Shown here: positions 10,149 to 19,058 of the stretch, piece by piece
Position numbering within the stretch: position 1 is the stretch's first letter
Layout of the letters: each line of letters opens with the position of its first letter
Assembly: GCA_938002015.1 (NCBI GenBank)
Contig: CALLAU010000056.1
Location: 14,995 to 78,994 of the forward strand
DNA length: 64,000 nucleotides
Direction: 5' to 3'
From: an uncultured Bdellovibrionales bacterium
GTDB lineage: Bacteria > Bdellovibrionota > Bdellovibrionia > Bdellovibrionales > UBA1609
Translations under genes and position numbers: made by a program
The notes under the pieces: generated by a model
Databases searched by the model: none
Told to the model about the DNA's origin: nothing
The model's input: the letters and a program-made list of their open reading frames with translations, nothing else

Positions 10149-11171
10149 TTAATAATATAAAGGCACTGTATAAACTTCTTGGCCTTCTGAAAAATTCAAA
10201 TTCGAAATAATATTACTATTTAATATTAAATTATTTCCATCAACTTGTGGAGTACAGACTTTCGCCTTAAAACACCCATCAACAAAACCACCAACTAAGA
10301 GAGGCTTAACGAGTTGATCTAATTTTTTACCAAATTTTAACTTATATTTAGCAAAGTACTTTATTGGAAGAACATCATCTTGTAGCGCTCCATAATGAGG
10401 TCCACCATCAAAAGGGTCTATTTCATCCTTATATTTAAAACCAATTTGCTCAAGTAAAGCTCGAGCAGGCTTTGTTTCATTACTTACTTCACCTACTACT
10501 AGTCGAGCTGAAGACTCTAATAAAGTCATATAGATTTCATCTCCCGGGAAAAGACTTTTGATGAAACCTTTATTTTTTTGACAAAGTCTATCAGCCTCTT
10601 CATAAGGCATACCAGTAAATCTTCGCCCCAAAGCTTCCCAGAACTCACTTCTTCCCTCTGAGGTTAATGGTGGAGCAAGCTCACAATGCAGGTTTTTTGA
10701 AAAAATCTCGCTGTTTAAAGCAATATACATAAACCTAACTAAGCTAATAGATTTTCCAACTTTTTCAGGTCTTTTTCTATAAGACTTATCAACAATTAAG
10801 CCACCTAGTTCAGTTGGCCCATCAAAGTCTTCCTTAAAATTAAGAACTTGATGTATAAAACCTATGCCAAGGTCAGAGCTAAACTTTTCTTTTTTTGTAA
10901 TTTTATAATAAAGGTGTGGGTTATCCTCTGAACCATGTCTTGCACATATTTTTGAAGCACCTATAACTTTGTTTGTTTCAGCGTCCTCAGCAACGAATAA
11001 ATACTCTCGCTCTTTTTCATCAATATTTCCTTTAAATGAATTTTCACTTAATTCAAGAATTTCATTTAATACGTTCTTATCAGCTGGAAGATTTAATAAC
11101 GTAAACTGTTTAGCTAAATCAAAAAGACCGTCTGAATCAGATAAATTTGACTGTCGAATAAAAATACTCAT
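10149..11171 (-). CDS. astA: Arginine (ornithine) N-succinyltransferase
   Basis: LNLPAD, YLFVAED, FWEALGRRF, IDPFDGGP motifs. Confidence 0.87.
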   Translation of the reverse strand: MSIFIRQSNLSDSDGLFDLAKQFTLLNLPADKNVLNEILELSENSFKGNIDEKEREYLFVAEDAETNKVIGASKICARHGSEDNPHLYYKITKKEKFSSDLGIGFIHQVLNFKEDFDGPTELGGLIVDKSYRKRPEKVGKSISLVRFMYIALNSEIFSKNLHCELAPPLTSEGRSEFWEALGRRFTGMPYEEADRLCQKNKGFIKSLFPGDEIYMTLLESSARLVVGEVSNETKPARALLEQIGFKYKDEIDPFDGGPHYGALQDDVLPIKYFAKYKLKFGKKLDQLVKPLLVGGFVDGCFKAKVCTPQVDGNNLILNSNIISNLNFSEGQEVYTVPLYY

Positions 11172-12472
11172 TTAAAAATCACTCCAGAAAAGACTTCTTT
11201 ATAAAAATCATAGGAAAGAGAAAGGTCATGTAGATCAACATTCTCATTTGGTTTTTTAGACAGGTCTTCATCACCTGGTCCAAATATATAAACATTTGGA
11301 AAATGATGAGCAAAAAAAGAAGCTTCTGTCGAGTTAAGAGAGATTAAGTCATTAACATACTTTTGGTTTAAAAAGTCTGAGCTGTTATTAAGTAATACAG
11401 GTGCTTGAAGATCCATTACTTTTACCTCGCCTCCAACTTCTTCTACATTTTTTTTAAATTCATTTAACCATTCATCTAGTTGCGGGGTTTCTATATTCGA
11501 AGGAAAAAGGCAATAACCATAAAAAGTTAGCCCTTCTTCATTATCCATACAACGGCCGATGTGAATCGCTCTCTTCAAATCTTTATTTACAAATCCATCT
11601 AATAGACCATCATTAATTTTTAAAATTAAGTCTGAAAATTTCTTTAACTTTTGGACTACTGATTGTTTTAATTTTGGCTCAAAATCAATCTCAAAAAAAG
11701 TTGACTCAGGTTCAGTAGTGTATGAAGTACCTCCTTCTAAATCAAGAACGAGAGTTCCTTCAGGAAGCAGCTGTGTGGATTCAATAAGTTTATATATTGA
11801 GTTTGCATTGATTGCTGACGCATCTTCAGAAGAGAAAATGCGACTCTGTGAAAGGTTGTTTTCTTTTAGATCATGCTCTTTTCGATAGTTTTTTTCATCT
11901 TCAGTAAAGGGAAAGAAAACCCTCATCTTTAATCTTCCGATACTGCCTCTTGAAAGGCAGCTTCCTGTGGGATGAGAAACGAAAAGACGATCAACTTCTC
12001 TTTTTTTAACAAGATCTCTTAAAGCACGTTTTGCGCCTCTCATATTTGACTCTCGCCCAAAACCACCAACAATAACAATGTTCTTATCGCTTAAACTCTC
12101 TTTAGAAGTATCGATTAAGGCCTTAAGCTGAGGAAAAATAGACAACTTAACGTTTGATGCCCCTAAGCCAAACAACTTTCCCTTTTTTACCACTGGATTT
12201 AGTGGGTCAAACTCAGTTTCATCCCACAAAGATAAGTGTCCCGGCGTTCCCGTATCAAGGTTACTATAACAAAGAATATCTATTTTGTTCTTTTGAGGAT
12301 TAGTCTCCGTATAAAAAAGTGAGTTTCCTCCGTGCACAGTAACTTCAGACCATTTAAAATCAGAAAAAGTTTCCTTAAGAAATTCACCTATAAGCTTATT
12401 GCCTACAACACGACTAGACTCTATTGCTAAAGCTTTTCGGCATACTGTAAGAAGACTAGTCGATGAATCCAT
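11168..12472 (-). CDS. M20 (ArgE/DapE-like) hydrolase homolog with non-canonical metal ligands
   Basis: GKLFGLG..K, HPT and FGPG...PNE scaffold; located inside the AST cluster. Confidence 0.7.
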   Translation of the reverse strand: MDSSTSLLTVCRKALAIESSRVVGNKLIGEFLKETFSDFKWSEVTVHGGNSLFYTETNPQKNKIDILCYSNLDTGTPGHLSLWDETEFDPLNPVVKKGKLFGLGASNVKLSIFPQLKALIDTSKESLSDKNIVIVGGFGRESNMRGAKRALRDLVKKREVDRLFVSHPTGSCLSRGSIGRLKMRVFFPFTEDEKNYRKEHDLKENNLSQSRIFSSEDASAINANSIYKLIESTQLLPEGTLVLDLEGGTSYTTEPESTFFEIDFEPKLKQSVVQKLKKFSDLILKINDGLLDGFVNKDLKRAIHIGRCMDNEEGLTFYGYCLFPSNIETPQLDEWLNEFKKNVEEVGGEVKVMDLQAPVLLNNSSDFLNQKYVNDLISLNSTEASFFAHHFPNVYIFGPGDEDLSKKPNENVDLHDLSLSYDFYKEVFSGVIFK

Positions 12473-12501
12473 AGGTATAAAAACTTGCGCTTAATTCCTT
12501 T

Positions 12502-13872
12502 TTATTTAAGTTCTAAAATTGATTTTTCAATAATTTTTTTAGCTGCCAAGATATCTTTCTCTTCTAAAACTGCAGGTAGTAAAAATCTTAATCTAAATGG
12601 GCCTCTTCCACATCCGAAGGTAAGCAGACCGTGTTCATATAGTTTTTTAAGCATAGCCATCATCTTTTCTTTTGAACCATCAAAAGGTGTGACAGCAACC
12701 ATTAAACCTAAGCCACCAGCATCACTTAACAAACCCTTACAAGTTGTCTCGTTTAGATCATTTAACATGCCAACAAAGTCTTGGTGGATTTTGCTTATTT
12801 TACCATTTTCACCCATATAACCTTTATCTAAAATCTCTAAAACTTTTAAACCTGCTGCAAGTGATGAAGTAGATCCAGAGAATGTCCCAGAAATTAAACC
12901 TGGCTTAGGAGTAAACTCCTCAGTAAAAAGAGTTGCTCCGTTTTGTAAAGTTTTTGCAACGGAAACAACGTCTATGTAATCACCAATACCAAGAGTTTCA
13001 TATGCAAAAAAGTTTCCTGTTCTACAAAATGTTTGAACTTCATCAGCCCATACAGGAATGCCTTCTTTCTTACAAATTTCTAACAAAGGAAGAAAGTACT
13101 CTTTTGGAGCCACATTGTAACCACCTTCACCTTGCATAGGCTCAAATGTAAAACAGCAAATATTACCTCTATGTTTTTCTACGTGGTCTTTAAAAATATT
13201 TACAGTTTCATTTATTGAATTTGGATTTTTAGAATCATAAAAGGGGATTCTTAAAACTTCATTATAGCGAGGAAGCCCCTGTCTATAGTTATCATTATCT
13301 GTCACTTCTGCCATCATTGTTGTTCTTCCAGCAAAAGCATTATCCATACTAATAATCATTCTTGCGCCATCTGTTTTTTGGCGACAAGCTTTTAAAGCAT
13401 TTTCATTAGCCATTGAGCCAGATGGAGACAACCAAGCTGAATTTAGTTTTGAATTTCTTTTTCCAATTTCCACTAATTTTTCTAAAATTGATAAGTACTC
13501 TTTATTTGGTTGTAAGTTACCTTGCATGATAACATCTGAAAAACTGGCCTTCACACTTGCTTTTACGATTTCTGGATGAGAATGACCAAGAATATGAATG
13601 CCAATACCATTAATAAGATCAAGCTTAACACTTCCATCTTCTAACTCAACATAAGGACCTTTACCTCTTCCAGATCCTACATAGGGGTAGAATAAAGGGC
13701 GTCCTCTATATTCGTGTATTTTCTTAACTAAAACATCTGATTGCTCTTGCTTTTCGGCCTTTGCTGGTCGAACTCCATCTAACATGTCACAGCACTTCAT
13801 AAAGTCTTCAACAAGTGAGTCAATTCTGCCTTGAGAATCTGAATGTGAGTTGTTTTCTTGGTTTAAGCTCAT
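12502..13872 (-). CDS. astC: Class III PLP aminotransferase (AstC/ArgD-like)
   Basis: SGSMANENALK, EPMQGEGG, DEVQT, PLP lysine in SVAK, TFSG; symbol assigned from cluster context. Confidence 0.72.
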   Translation of the reverse strand: MSLNQENNSHSDSQGRIDSLVEDFMKCCDMLDGVRPAKAEKQEQSDVLVKKIHEYRGRPLFYPYVGSGRGKGPYVELEDGSVKLDLINGIGIHILGHSHPEIVKASVKASFSDVIMQGNLQPNKEYLSILEKLVEIGKRNSKLNSAWLSPSGSMANENALKACRQKTDGARMIISMDNAFAGRTTMMAEVTDNDNYRQGLPRYNEVLRIPFYDSKNPNSINETVNIFKDHVEKHRGNICCFTFEPMQGEGGYNVAPKEYFLPLLEICKKEGIPVWADEVQTFCRTGNFFAYETLGIGDYIDVVSVAKTLQNGATLFTEEFTPKPGLISGTFSGSTSSLAAGLKVLEILDKGYMGENGKISKIHQDFVGMLNDLNETTCKGLLSDAGGLGLMVAVTPFDGSKEKMMAMLKKLYEHGLLTFGCGRGPFRLRFLLPAVLEEKDILAAKKIIEKSILELK

Positions 13873-13943
13873 AAGGGCACCTCGATTTGGTTTTAAAAAA
13901 AATTATACTTTAATTACAGTACCAACATAGTTATCATAAAAAG

Positions 13944-14750
13944 ATGTTAAAATCACTTTTAGCCTTAAGCATATCTTATTTTTTACTGACACCTTTCTCT
14001 TTTTCCAAAGAGGAAAAAATAGGCACTAAAAAAGACAGTGCCAAACAAGCGAGTATAAGTAATGAAGACTTAAACGATGTTTTTTTAACGTATCAAAGAG
14101 AACTCTCGACTAGTCCAAACAATCCAAAGACTTTATATAACCTTGCTCTTGTCGAAATGAAGCAATCTCAACTGGGCTGGGCTTTAGCACACGTTGAAGA
14201 GAGTCTTTATATTGCACCCCTTAATAAAGAGGCCCACACTTTAAGAAAAAAAATAATTGATAAGATTATAGACCGTGATCGTGAGCCCCCATCAGAACAA
14301 GTCTCTGTGTTAAATCGAGCTCTCGACTTTCTGCCAAGCATGCTCATCAGTTTATTAATTGGTGCAGCCCTCGCTTTATTTGTTCTCTTTTCTGCACTTT
14401 CTTATAAAAAAGCCTATATTGAAATCTCTAGTAATAAGAAAGAGAAGGACCTATCGTTTCTTTTTCTAGCAGTTTTTATATCTCTACTTCCTCTTTACTA
14501 CTTTAAATTTAACAATTTTAATAAACGATGGGCATGCATTGTTTCTAAGCACTCTCTTGTGCGATCAGGCCCTGATTTAAAGCACCGTGAAGTTACAAAG
14601 CTTAAAGAGGGAAGTTGTGTTCTTGTGGAAAACAACAAAAAGGGCTGGGTAGCAGTTTCTACCTCTAATGCGCAATTTGGCTGGGTTCAGTCTAGTGATT
14701 TGCACCTTGCACGCGGGCGTAAATTGACTCTTGGTGGCGTAAAACAGTAG
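13944..14750 (+). CDS. TPR-transmembrane-SH3 protein (BatE-like)
   Basis: Signal peptide, YNLA TPR, two TM segments, VRSGP...GWV SH3-like C-terminus. Confidence 0.65.
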   Translation: MLKSLLALSISYFLLTPFSFSKEEKIGTKKDSAKQASISNEDLNDVFLTYQRELSTSPNNPKTLYNLALVEMKQSQLGWALAHVEESLYIAPLNKEAHTLRKKIIDKIIDRDREPPSEQVSVLNRALDFLPSMLISLLIGAALALFVLFSALSYKKAYIEISSNKKEKDLSFLFLAVFISLLPLYYFKFNNFNKRWACIVSKHSLVRSGPDLKHREVTKLKEGSCVLVENNKKGWVAVSTSNAQFGWVQSSDLHLARGRKLTLGGVKQ

Positions 14751-14760
14751 TATCTAATCC

Positions 14761-15459
14761 ATGTTGCTTAAAAAATATTCATGTTATTTTGCCTCTATTT
14801 TACTTCTTAGTTTCTGGCATTTAAGCGCTTTTGCAAATCAAAAAGCCGAAGAAGCAGAAGTCGCATATAAACATGCAACAGAACTTCAAAAAGCAGCTAG
14901 GTATGAAGAAGCCATACTTGAGTTTCAAGAAATCGAAAGACTCTTTCCTTATAGTAAGTTTGCAAAAAGCTCTAAACTTAATATCGCTGACATTCATTTT
15001 GAAATGACAAACTACATTCAAGCTCAATATCAATATCAACATTACTATGATCTTTACCCATCAGATTCTAAAAGCTCATATGCACTCTTTAAAATTGGCG
15101 AAAGTCTTTATAAGCAAATGCCTCGCACAGTAGATAGGGACCTTTCTCAAACTGGAAACGTTCTAAAAGTTTGGAGAAATGTTCTCGTAAGATTTCCTAA
15201 AAGTGAGTACGCAAAAACCGTTCTTGAAAGACAAAAAGAGTTAATTGAGAAACTCGGAAAAAAAGAGCTTTATATTGCTGAATATTATAAGAAACAAAAA
15301 AAATATATCAGTGCACACAGAAGATATCAGGGCTTATTTAAACAATTTCCTAACTTTAAAAAAAATCAAAAAGCATTAGAAGGAGCTATTGAAACCGCTA
15401 AACAAGTTGAAGATGAACCTCAGGCTAAAAAATATGCGGCCTGGCTTGCTGATATTTAG
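14761..15459 (+). CDS. bamD: Outer membrane protein assembly factor BamD
   Basis: FPYSKFA, DRDLSQT, FPKSEYA, ELYIAEYY..Y.SA..RY pattern. Confidence 0.85.
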   Translation: MLLKKYSCYFASILLLSFWHLSAFANQKAEEAEVAYKHATELQKAARYEEAILEFQEIERLFPYSKFAKSSKLNIADIHFEMTNYIQAQYQYQHYYDLYPSDSKSSYALFKIGESLYKQMPRTVDRDLSQTGNVLKVWRNVLVRFPKSEYAKTVLERQKELIEKLGKKELYIAEYYKKQKKYISAHRRYQGLFKQFPNFKKNQKALEGAIETAKQVEDEPQAKKYAAWLADI

Positions 15460-15473
15460 GTTAAGATAAATAT

Positions 15474-16211
15474 ATGCAGCTCTCTATTGAACAACAAAAT
15501 GAAATCCTAAAAACTGCTACTCGCTATTTTAACGAAGGCACTTATGAGAGGGCTACACCACTACTTCATAGCTTAGTTTCATATGACTTAAAGTCTCCAA
15601 ACTTGTATCACATGCTTGGAACTATTTATTATGAACAAGGGAAATTTAAGCAATCTATTCAGTCTTTTCGAAGAGCACTTATTATTGACCCTGAGTTTAC
15701 CGATAGTTCTGTAGGCTTAAGTGTTATTTTAAATGACCTTGGAAAGTATGAAGAAGCGCAGGCTGTTTTCATAGACGCCCAAAAGAAACTTAAGACAAAA
15801 ACAGAGAACCCAAACAAAACTCCACAGGCTCTTATTGAAAGACACTGGGAACTTGTTGAGATGTATAAAAAACATAACATGCCAAGAGAAGCAATAAATC
15901 AAATAACAGCAATTGAAGGCTTAACTGCTGTCTCTGAACATACTATGAGAGAAAAAAGTTCTATTTATAGAAATATTAAAAAATTTGATTTCGCAATTGG
16001 GCTACTCACTACCTGGAAACAAGACAACCAAGGCCGTTTGCAAGAGCCAAGCTTTGAGCTCCTTGCAGAGCTCTATTTCTTAAATAGAGAACCTTTAAAT
16101 TCACTAACGTGTTGTGAAGAAGCTCTAAAAAGCTTTCCTAATAACTTAAAAATTTTAAAACTTTATCAACAATTAAAAGATTCTACTCTAGATCTACGTG
16201 GAGAAATTTAA
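15474..16211 (+). CDS. Tetratricopeptide repeat protein
   Basis: TPR patterns LYHMLGTIYYEQG, ALIIDPEF, LGKYEEA. Confidence 0.7.
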   Translation: MQLSIEQQNEILKTATRYFNEGTYERATPLLHSLVSYDLKSPNLYHMLGTIYYEQGKFKQSIQSFRRALIIDPEFTDSSVGLSVILNDLGKYEEAQAVFIDAQKKLKTKTENPNKTPQALIERHWELVEMYKKHNMPREAINQITAIEGLTAVSEHTMREKSSIYRNIKKFDFAIGLLTTWKQDNQGRLQEPSFELLAELYFLNREPLNSLTCCEEALKSFPNNLKILKLYQQLKDSTLDLRGEI

Positions 16212-16727
16212 ATGAAAAACGCTAATGATGGAATGGTCCCTTTTCTTAAAAAAGAAGAAATCACATCTCTTGTTAAATCAATTGCTCAAGATATTAAAAA
16301 TCGCTTTGGCGATAAACACATACACTTCATTTGTCCACTTAAAGGTTCTATTCTTTTTGTGACTGACCTAGCAAGAGAATTTAAGAACTCTCCTGTTACA
16401 ATAGATTTTGTTAAAATTGAATCTAAAGGAAACAGTTTCATTGTTAAAAAGGATATTGAAACAGATATTTTTAATAAAAATGTAATCATAGTAGAGGAGA
16501 TTATCGATGCAGGAAGAACGCTCTCTTTTCTTAAAAAACATTTAAGCCTCTCTCTTCCAAACTCAATTGAAGTAGCCTGCCTACTAGATAAACCAGCAAG
16601 AAGAGAAATGCCTATTTCACCTGAATATGTAGGTAAAACCATAGATGATAGATTTGTAATTGGTTATGGTATGGATTCAGATGAAGTAGGTAGAAACTAT
16701 TCTGATATCTATAATTTCTTACAATAA
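16212..16727 (+). CDS. hpt: Hypoxanthine phosphoribosyltransferase
   Basis: LKGS, IIVEEIIDAGRTL PRPP loop, LLDKP, FVIGYGMD. Confidence 0.88.
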   Translation: MKNANDGMVPFLKKEEITSLVKSIAQDIKNRFGDKHIHFICPLKGSILFVTDLAREFKNSPVTIDFVKIESKGNSFIVKKDIETDIFNKNVIIVEEIIDAGRTLSFLKKHLSLSLPNSIEVACLLDKPARREMPISPEYVGKTIDDRFVIGYGMDSDEVGRNYSDIYNFLQ

Positions 16728-16758
16728 AGATGTGTTAAAAAAGTTTTTATCCTAAATA

Positions 16759-17175
16759 CTATAAAATAAATCTTTTTCTTTCATCCGCTCTGGGCATTCT
16801 ACAAGTGTCTTTCTTACCAAATAGCTTGTAGCGTATGCCAGCAACTCTTTTATAAAAAAAATCTCTTAAAAACTTTGGTAAAATTTTAAAAACCTTTAAA
16901 AATAACCACGGAAGAGGCATGTTTTCTAAGACCTTTAAAACAGCATCTGATTCAACATAAGTAGCGCCATCTATCATGACAACCAGTGTATTTAAGTTTT
17001 TAACTTGGTGAGAAGACAAGTTTTTAGCCGCAAAATCGCTTTGAAGAGGGGAAAATAAGAATACCTTTTTTTTATCTCTCTTTATTATAAAATCAACGAA
17101 AGAATTACAAAGACCACAGACACCGTCAAAGAAAACAACTTTCTTTTGATCATGATTATGCTGTTCGCCTTCCAT
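16759..17175 (-). CDS. DCC1/DUF393 thiol-disulfide oxidoreductase family protein
   Basis: FFDGVCGLC (DxxCxxC), RDFFYK.VA..RYK.FG..DTC. Confidence 0.87.
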   Translation of the reverse strand: MEGEQHNHDQKKVVFFDGVCGLCNSFVDFIIKRDKKKVFLFSPLQSDFAAKNLSSHQVKNLNTLVVMIDGATYVESDAVLKVLENMPLPWLFLKVFKILPKFLRDFFYKRVAGIRYKLFGKKDTCRMPRADERKRFIL

Positions 17176-17192
17176 ACAAAAAGATCTCTTGC

Positions 17193-17270
17193 TTAGTGAA
17201 CAAGAACATTGACCACAAATAAAAGTGCGACCGAGAAAGCAACGATAGTTATTAAGGGACTGTTAACCAT
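17193..17270 (-). CDS. Candidate 25-aa hydrophobic small protein MVNSPLITIVAFSVALLFVVNVLVH (not in the ORF track)
   Basis: ATG at 17270 to TAA at 17193; one TM-length hydrophobic run; no clear SD. Confidence 0.35.
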   Translation of the reverse strand: MVNSPLITIVAFSVALLFVVNVLVH

Positions 17271-17316
17271 GCTTAATTATTGAGAATATATTGCAAAGAG
17301 TCAATTTAAATACAGA

Positions 17317-17973
17317 CTAGAGTCTATTGACAGTATCTTTCTTTTTCGGCTTGTAGCTAAACTGCCCCTTGGGGCTTTTCTTCTTAAACCTTATTCTTTT
17401 AAAGTCAAAAGCCACTGAGTTTTGAACATCATCAATGTATTTTAAGTTAAGGATCGTTTTTTTCTTTTTATCAATAGTTATATAAAGCTCGCTAATCCCA
17501 GAGAACTTATCTTTTGTCTCAACTGATACTGTTATTTTTTGACCTACTTCAGATTGTAGTTTTAGTTTTATATCATCCCAAACACTTGGTTTAGAGAAAA
17601 TGTCTAAGAAAATATTTGGAAATGTTTTTTGATCTATTCTTCCTGTGGTGACTTCATTACCAACAATTTGCCAAAAAAATTCATCACCCATGATCAGTGT
17701 GCTCTTTGGCTTAGTATCAAATTCAAGTCGAGTCTTACCTTTTGAATAGTGTAAACTCGCCTTAGTTTTATCTTTAGTGCCAAGAATTAAGGACTCTTGT
17801 AACTTAATAACTGAAGCTGTCATATACTCAACTTCAGAATAAGTAAGCGTCATATCTTTCATCATCTGAGTAAGATCTATTTTTTGTTCTTTTTTTTCTA
17901 CTGATTTTGCATAGGTGAAAAAACCACTAAAAATCATAAGTGTGATCATCAAAAAAACTCGCTTCATCATCAT
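17317..17973 (-). CDS. lolA: Outer membrane lipoprotein carrier LolA family protein
   Basis: Signal peptide, KGKTRLEF, FKKKSPKGQFSYKP C-terminus; GGAG SD before ATG 17973. Confidence 0.65.
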   Translation of the reverse strand: MMMKRVFLMITLMIFSGFFTYAKSVEKKEQKIDLTQMMKDMTLTYSEVEYMTASVIKLQESLILGTKDKTKASLHYSKGKTRLEFDTKPKSTLIMGDEFFWQIVGNEVTTGRIDQKTFPNIFLDIFSKPSVWDDIKLKLQSEVGQKITVSVETKDKFSGISELYITIDKKKKTILNLKYIDDVQNSVAFDFKRIRFKKKSPKGQFSYKPKKKDTVNRL

Positions 17974-18562
17974 TTTCTTCTCCAAACAAGGGCTTATATA
18001 TTAGGGTTAAAACAAGCTTTGGTAAACCGTAAATCTCAATCAGGGATTTTAAGGTTCCTCCAGAAACTAAGATATCATCAACAAATATCCAAGGTTTATT
18101 TGCTTCTAAAAACCCCGTTTGGCCCACTCTAGGCCCTATACGCTCTTCTCGATTTAAACGTTTTTGAGGCCCTCTTAAGCTTCTTGGCGCTTCTAATAGT
18201 GAAACACCTGATAATGAGAAAAGTTGCGCTATACAAAAAGCAAAGCTTCTAGCGTGATTAAAGGCTCGATTCTTTGATGCACCAGGAACTATGAAACTAT
18301 CATTACTTTTTAGAGGAGCTTTTAAAAAAAATGTGGCCCATTCAACAAACCATTTCTCATTTTTTCCCTTTAAAGAATAAATAAGCGGTTTAATAAAGTT
18401 TTCGTTCTTATCGTTCCACTCAAATAAGTAATAATGATTAACTCCAAAAACCTGCTTAGCTTTAATTTTTAAATTTCTATTTATTTTTTTATTGCAAAAT
18501 AAACAAAGGTTTCTTGAGTTAAATTTTATTTGTTTACATACGAGACATTCTAAAACAATCAT
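17927..18562 (-). CDS. ComF-like phosphoribosyltransferase with Cys-rich N-terminus
   Basis: CLVC...CLFC, LIYSLK, FNHA, VDDILVSGGTL. Confidence 0.7.
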   Translation of the reverse strand: MIVLECLVCKQIKFNSRNLCLFCNKKINRNLKIKAKQVFGVNHYYLFEWNDKNENFIKPLIYSLKGKNEKWFVEWATFFLKAPLKSNDSFIVPGASKNRAFNHARSFAFCIAQLFSLSGVSLLEAPRSLRGPQKRLNREERIGPRVGQTGFLEANKPWIFVDDILVSGGTLKSLIEIYGLPKLVLTLIYKPLFGEENDDEASFFDDHTYDF

Positions 18563-18602
18563 TAATTATGATCATTGCAATACTATAAAACACATCATCT
18601 GC

Positions 18603-19058
18603 TCAATCGTTATGGTAGGGGTGTCCGGCGTTTATAGAGTGGATTCGAAAAATCTGCTCTGAAGCGACAACTGAGGCCACTTCAGAATTAAACGTTAAAC
18701 TAGATAAAGAAATCTTTTTCCATGCGCGCTCATACAACAAAGAATCAAATCCATAAGGACCCCCTATTATAAAAACTAATCTTGCTGCCTGATTATTAAT
18801 TTTCCCAGCAAACTCTCTTGAACTTAGAGTTTCTCCTTTTTCATCAAATAAAATCAAAAGATCCTTTGAATCAATTAACTTTAATATAGCATCTGTTTCT
18901 TTTTTTTTCTTAAAAACAGCATCACCAGATGAAGGGGTCTTAAAAGGCTTTGCCTCAATCTTGGTAAACTTTAAAGTGTTTCTAATATACTTATCTATAT
19001 ACTCTTGTGCTAAAGACTTCTTAGAAACCTCTGGATAAAGAAAAAGTACTGAGCCCAC
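18603..19058 (-). CDS. rlmH: 23S rRNA pseudouridine-1915 N3-methyltransferase
   Basis: FIIGGPYG, SLSSLTF, EQIFR....GHPYH. Confidence 0.92.
   Translation of the reverse strand: MGSVLFLYPEVSKKSLAQEYIDKYIRNTLKFTKIEAKPFKTPSSGDAVFKKKKETDAILKLIDSKDLLILFDEKGETLSSREFAGKINNQAARLVFIIGGPYGFDSLLYERAWKKISLSSLTFNSEVASVVASEQIFRIHSINAGHPYHND

Noticed and set aside
16490-16520. EE instead of ED in the Hpt PRPP loop
   Set aside because: A conservative substitution; the remaining motifs are intact.
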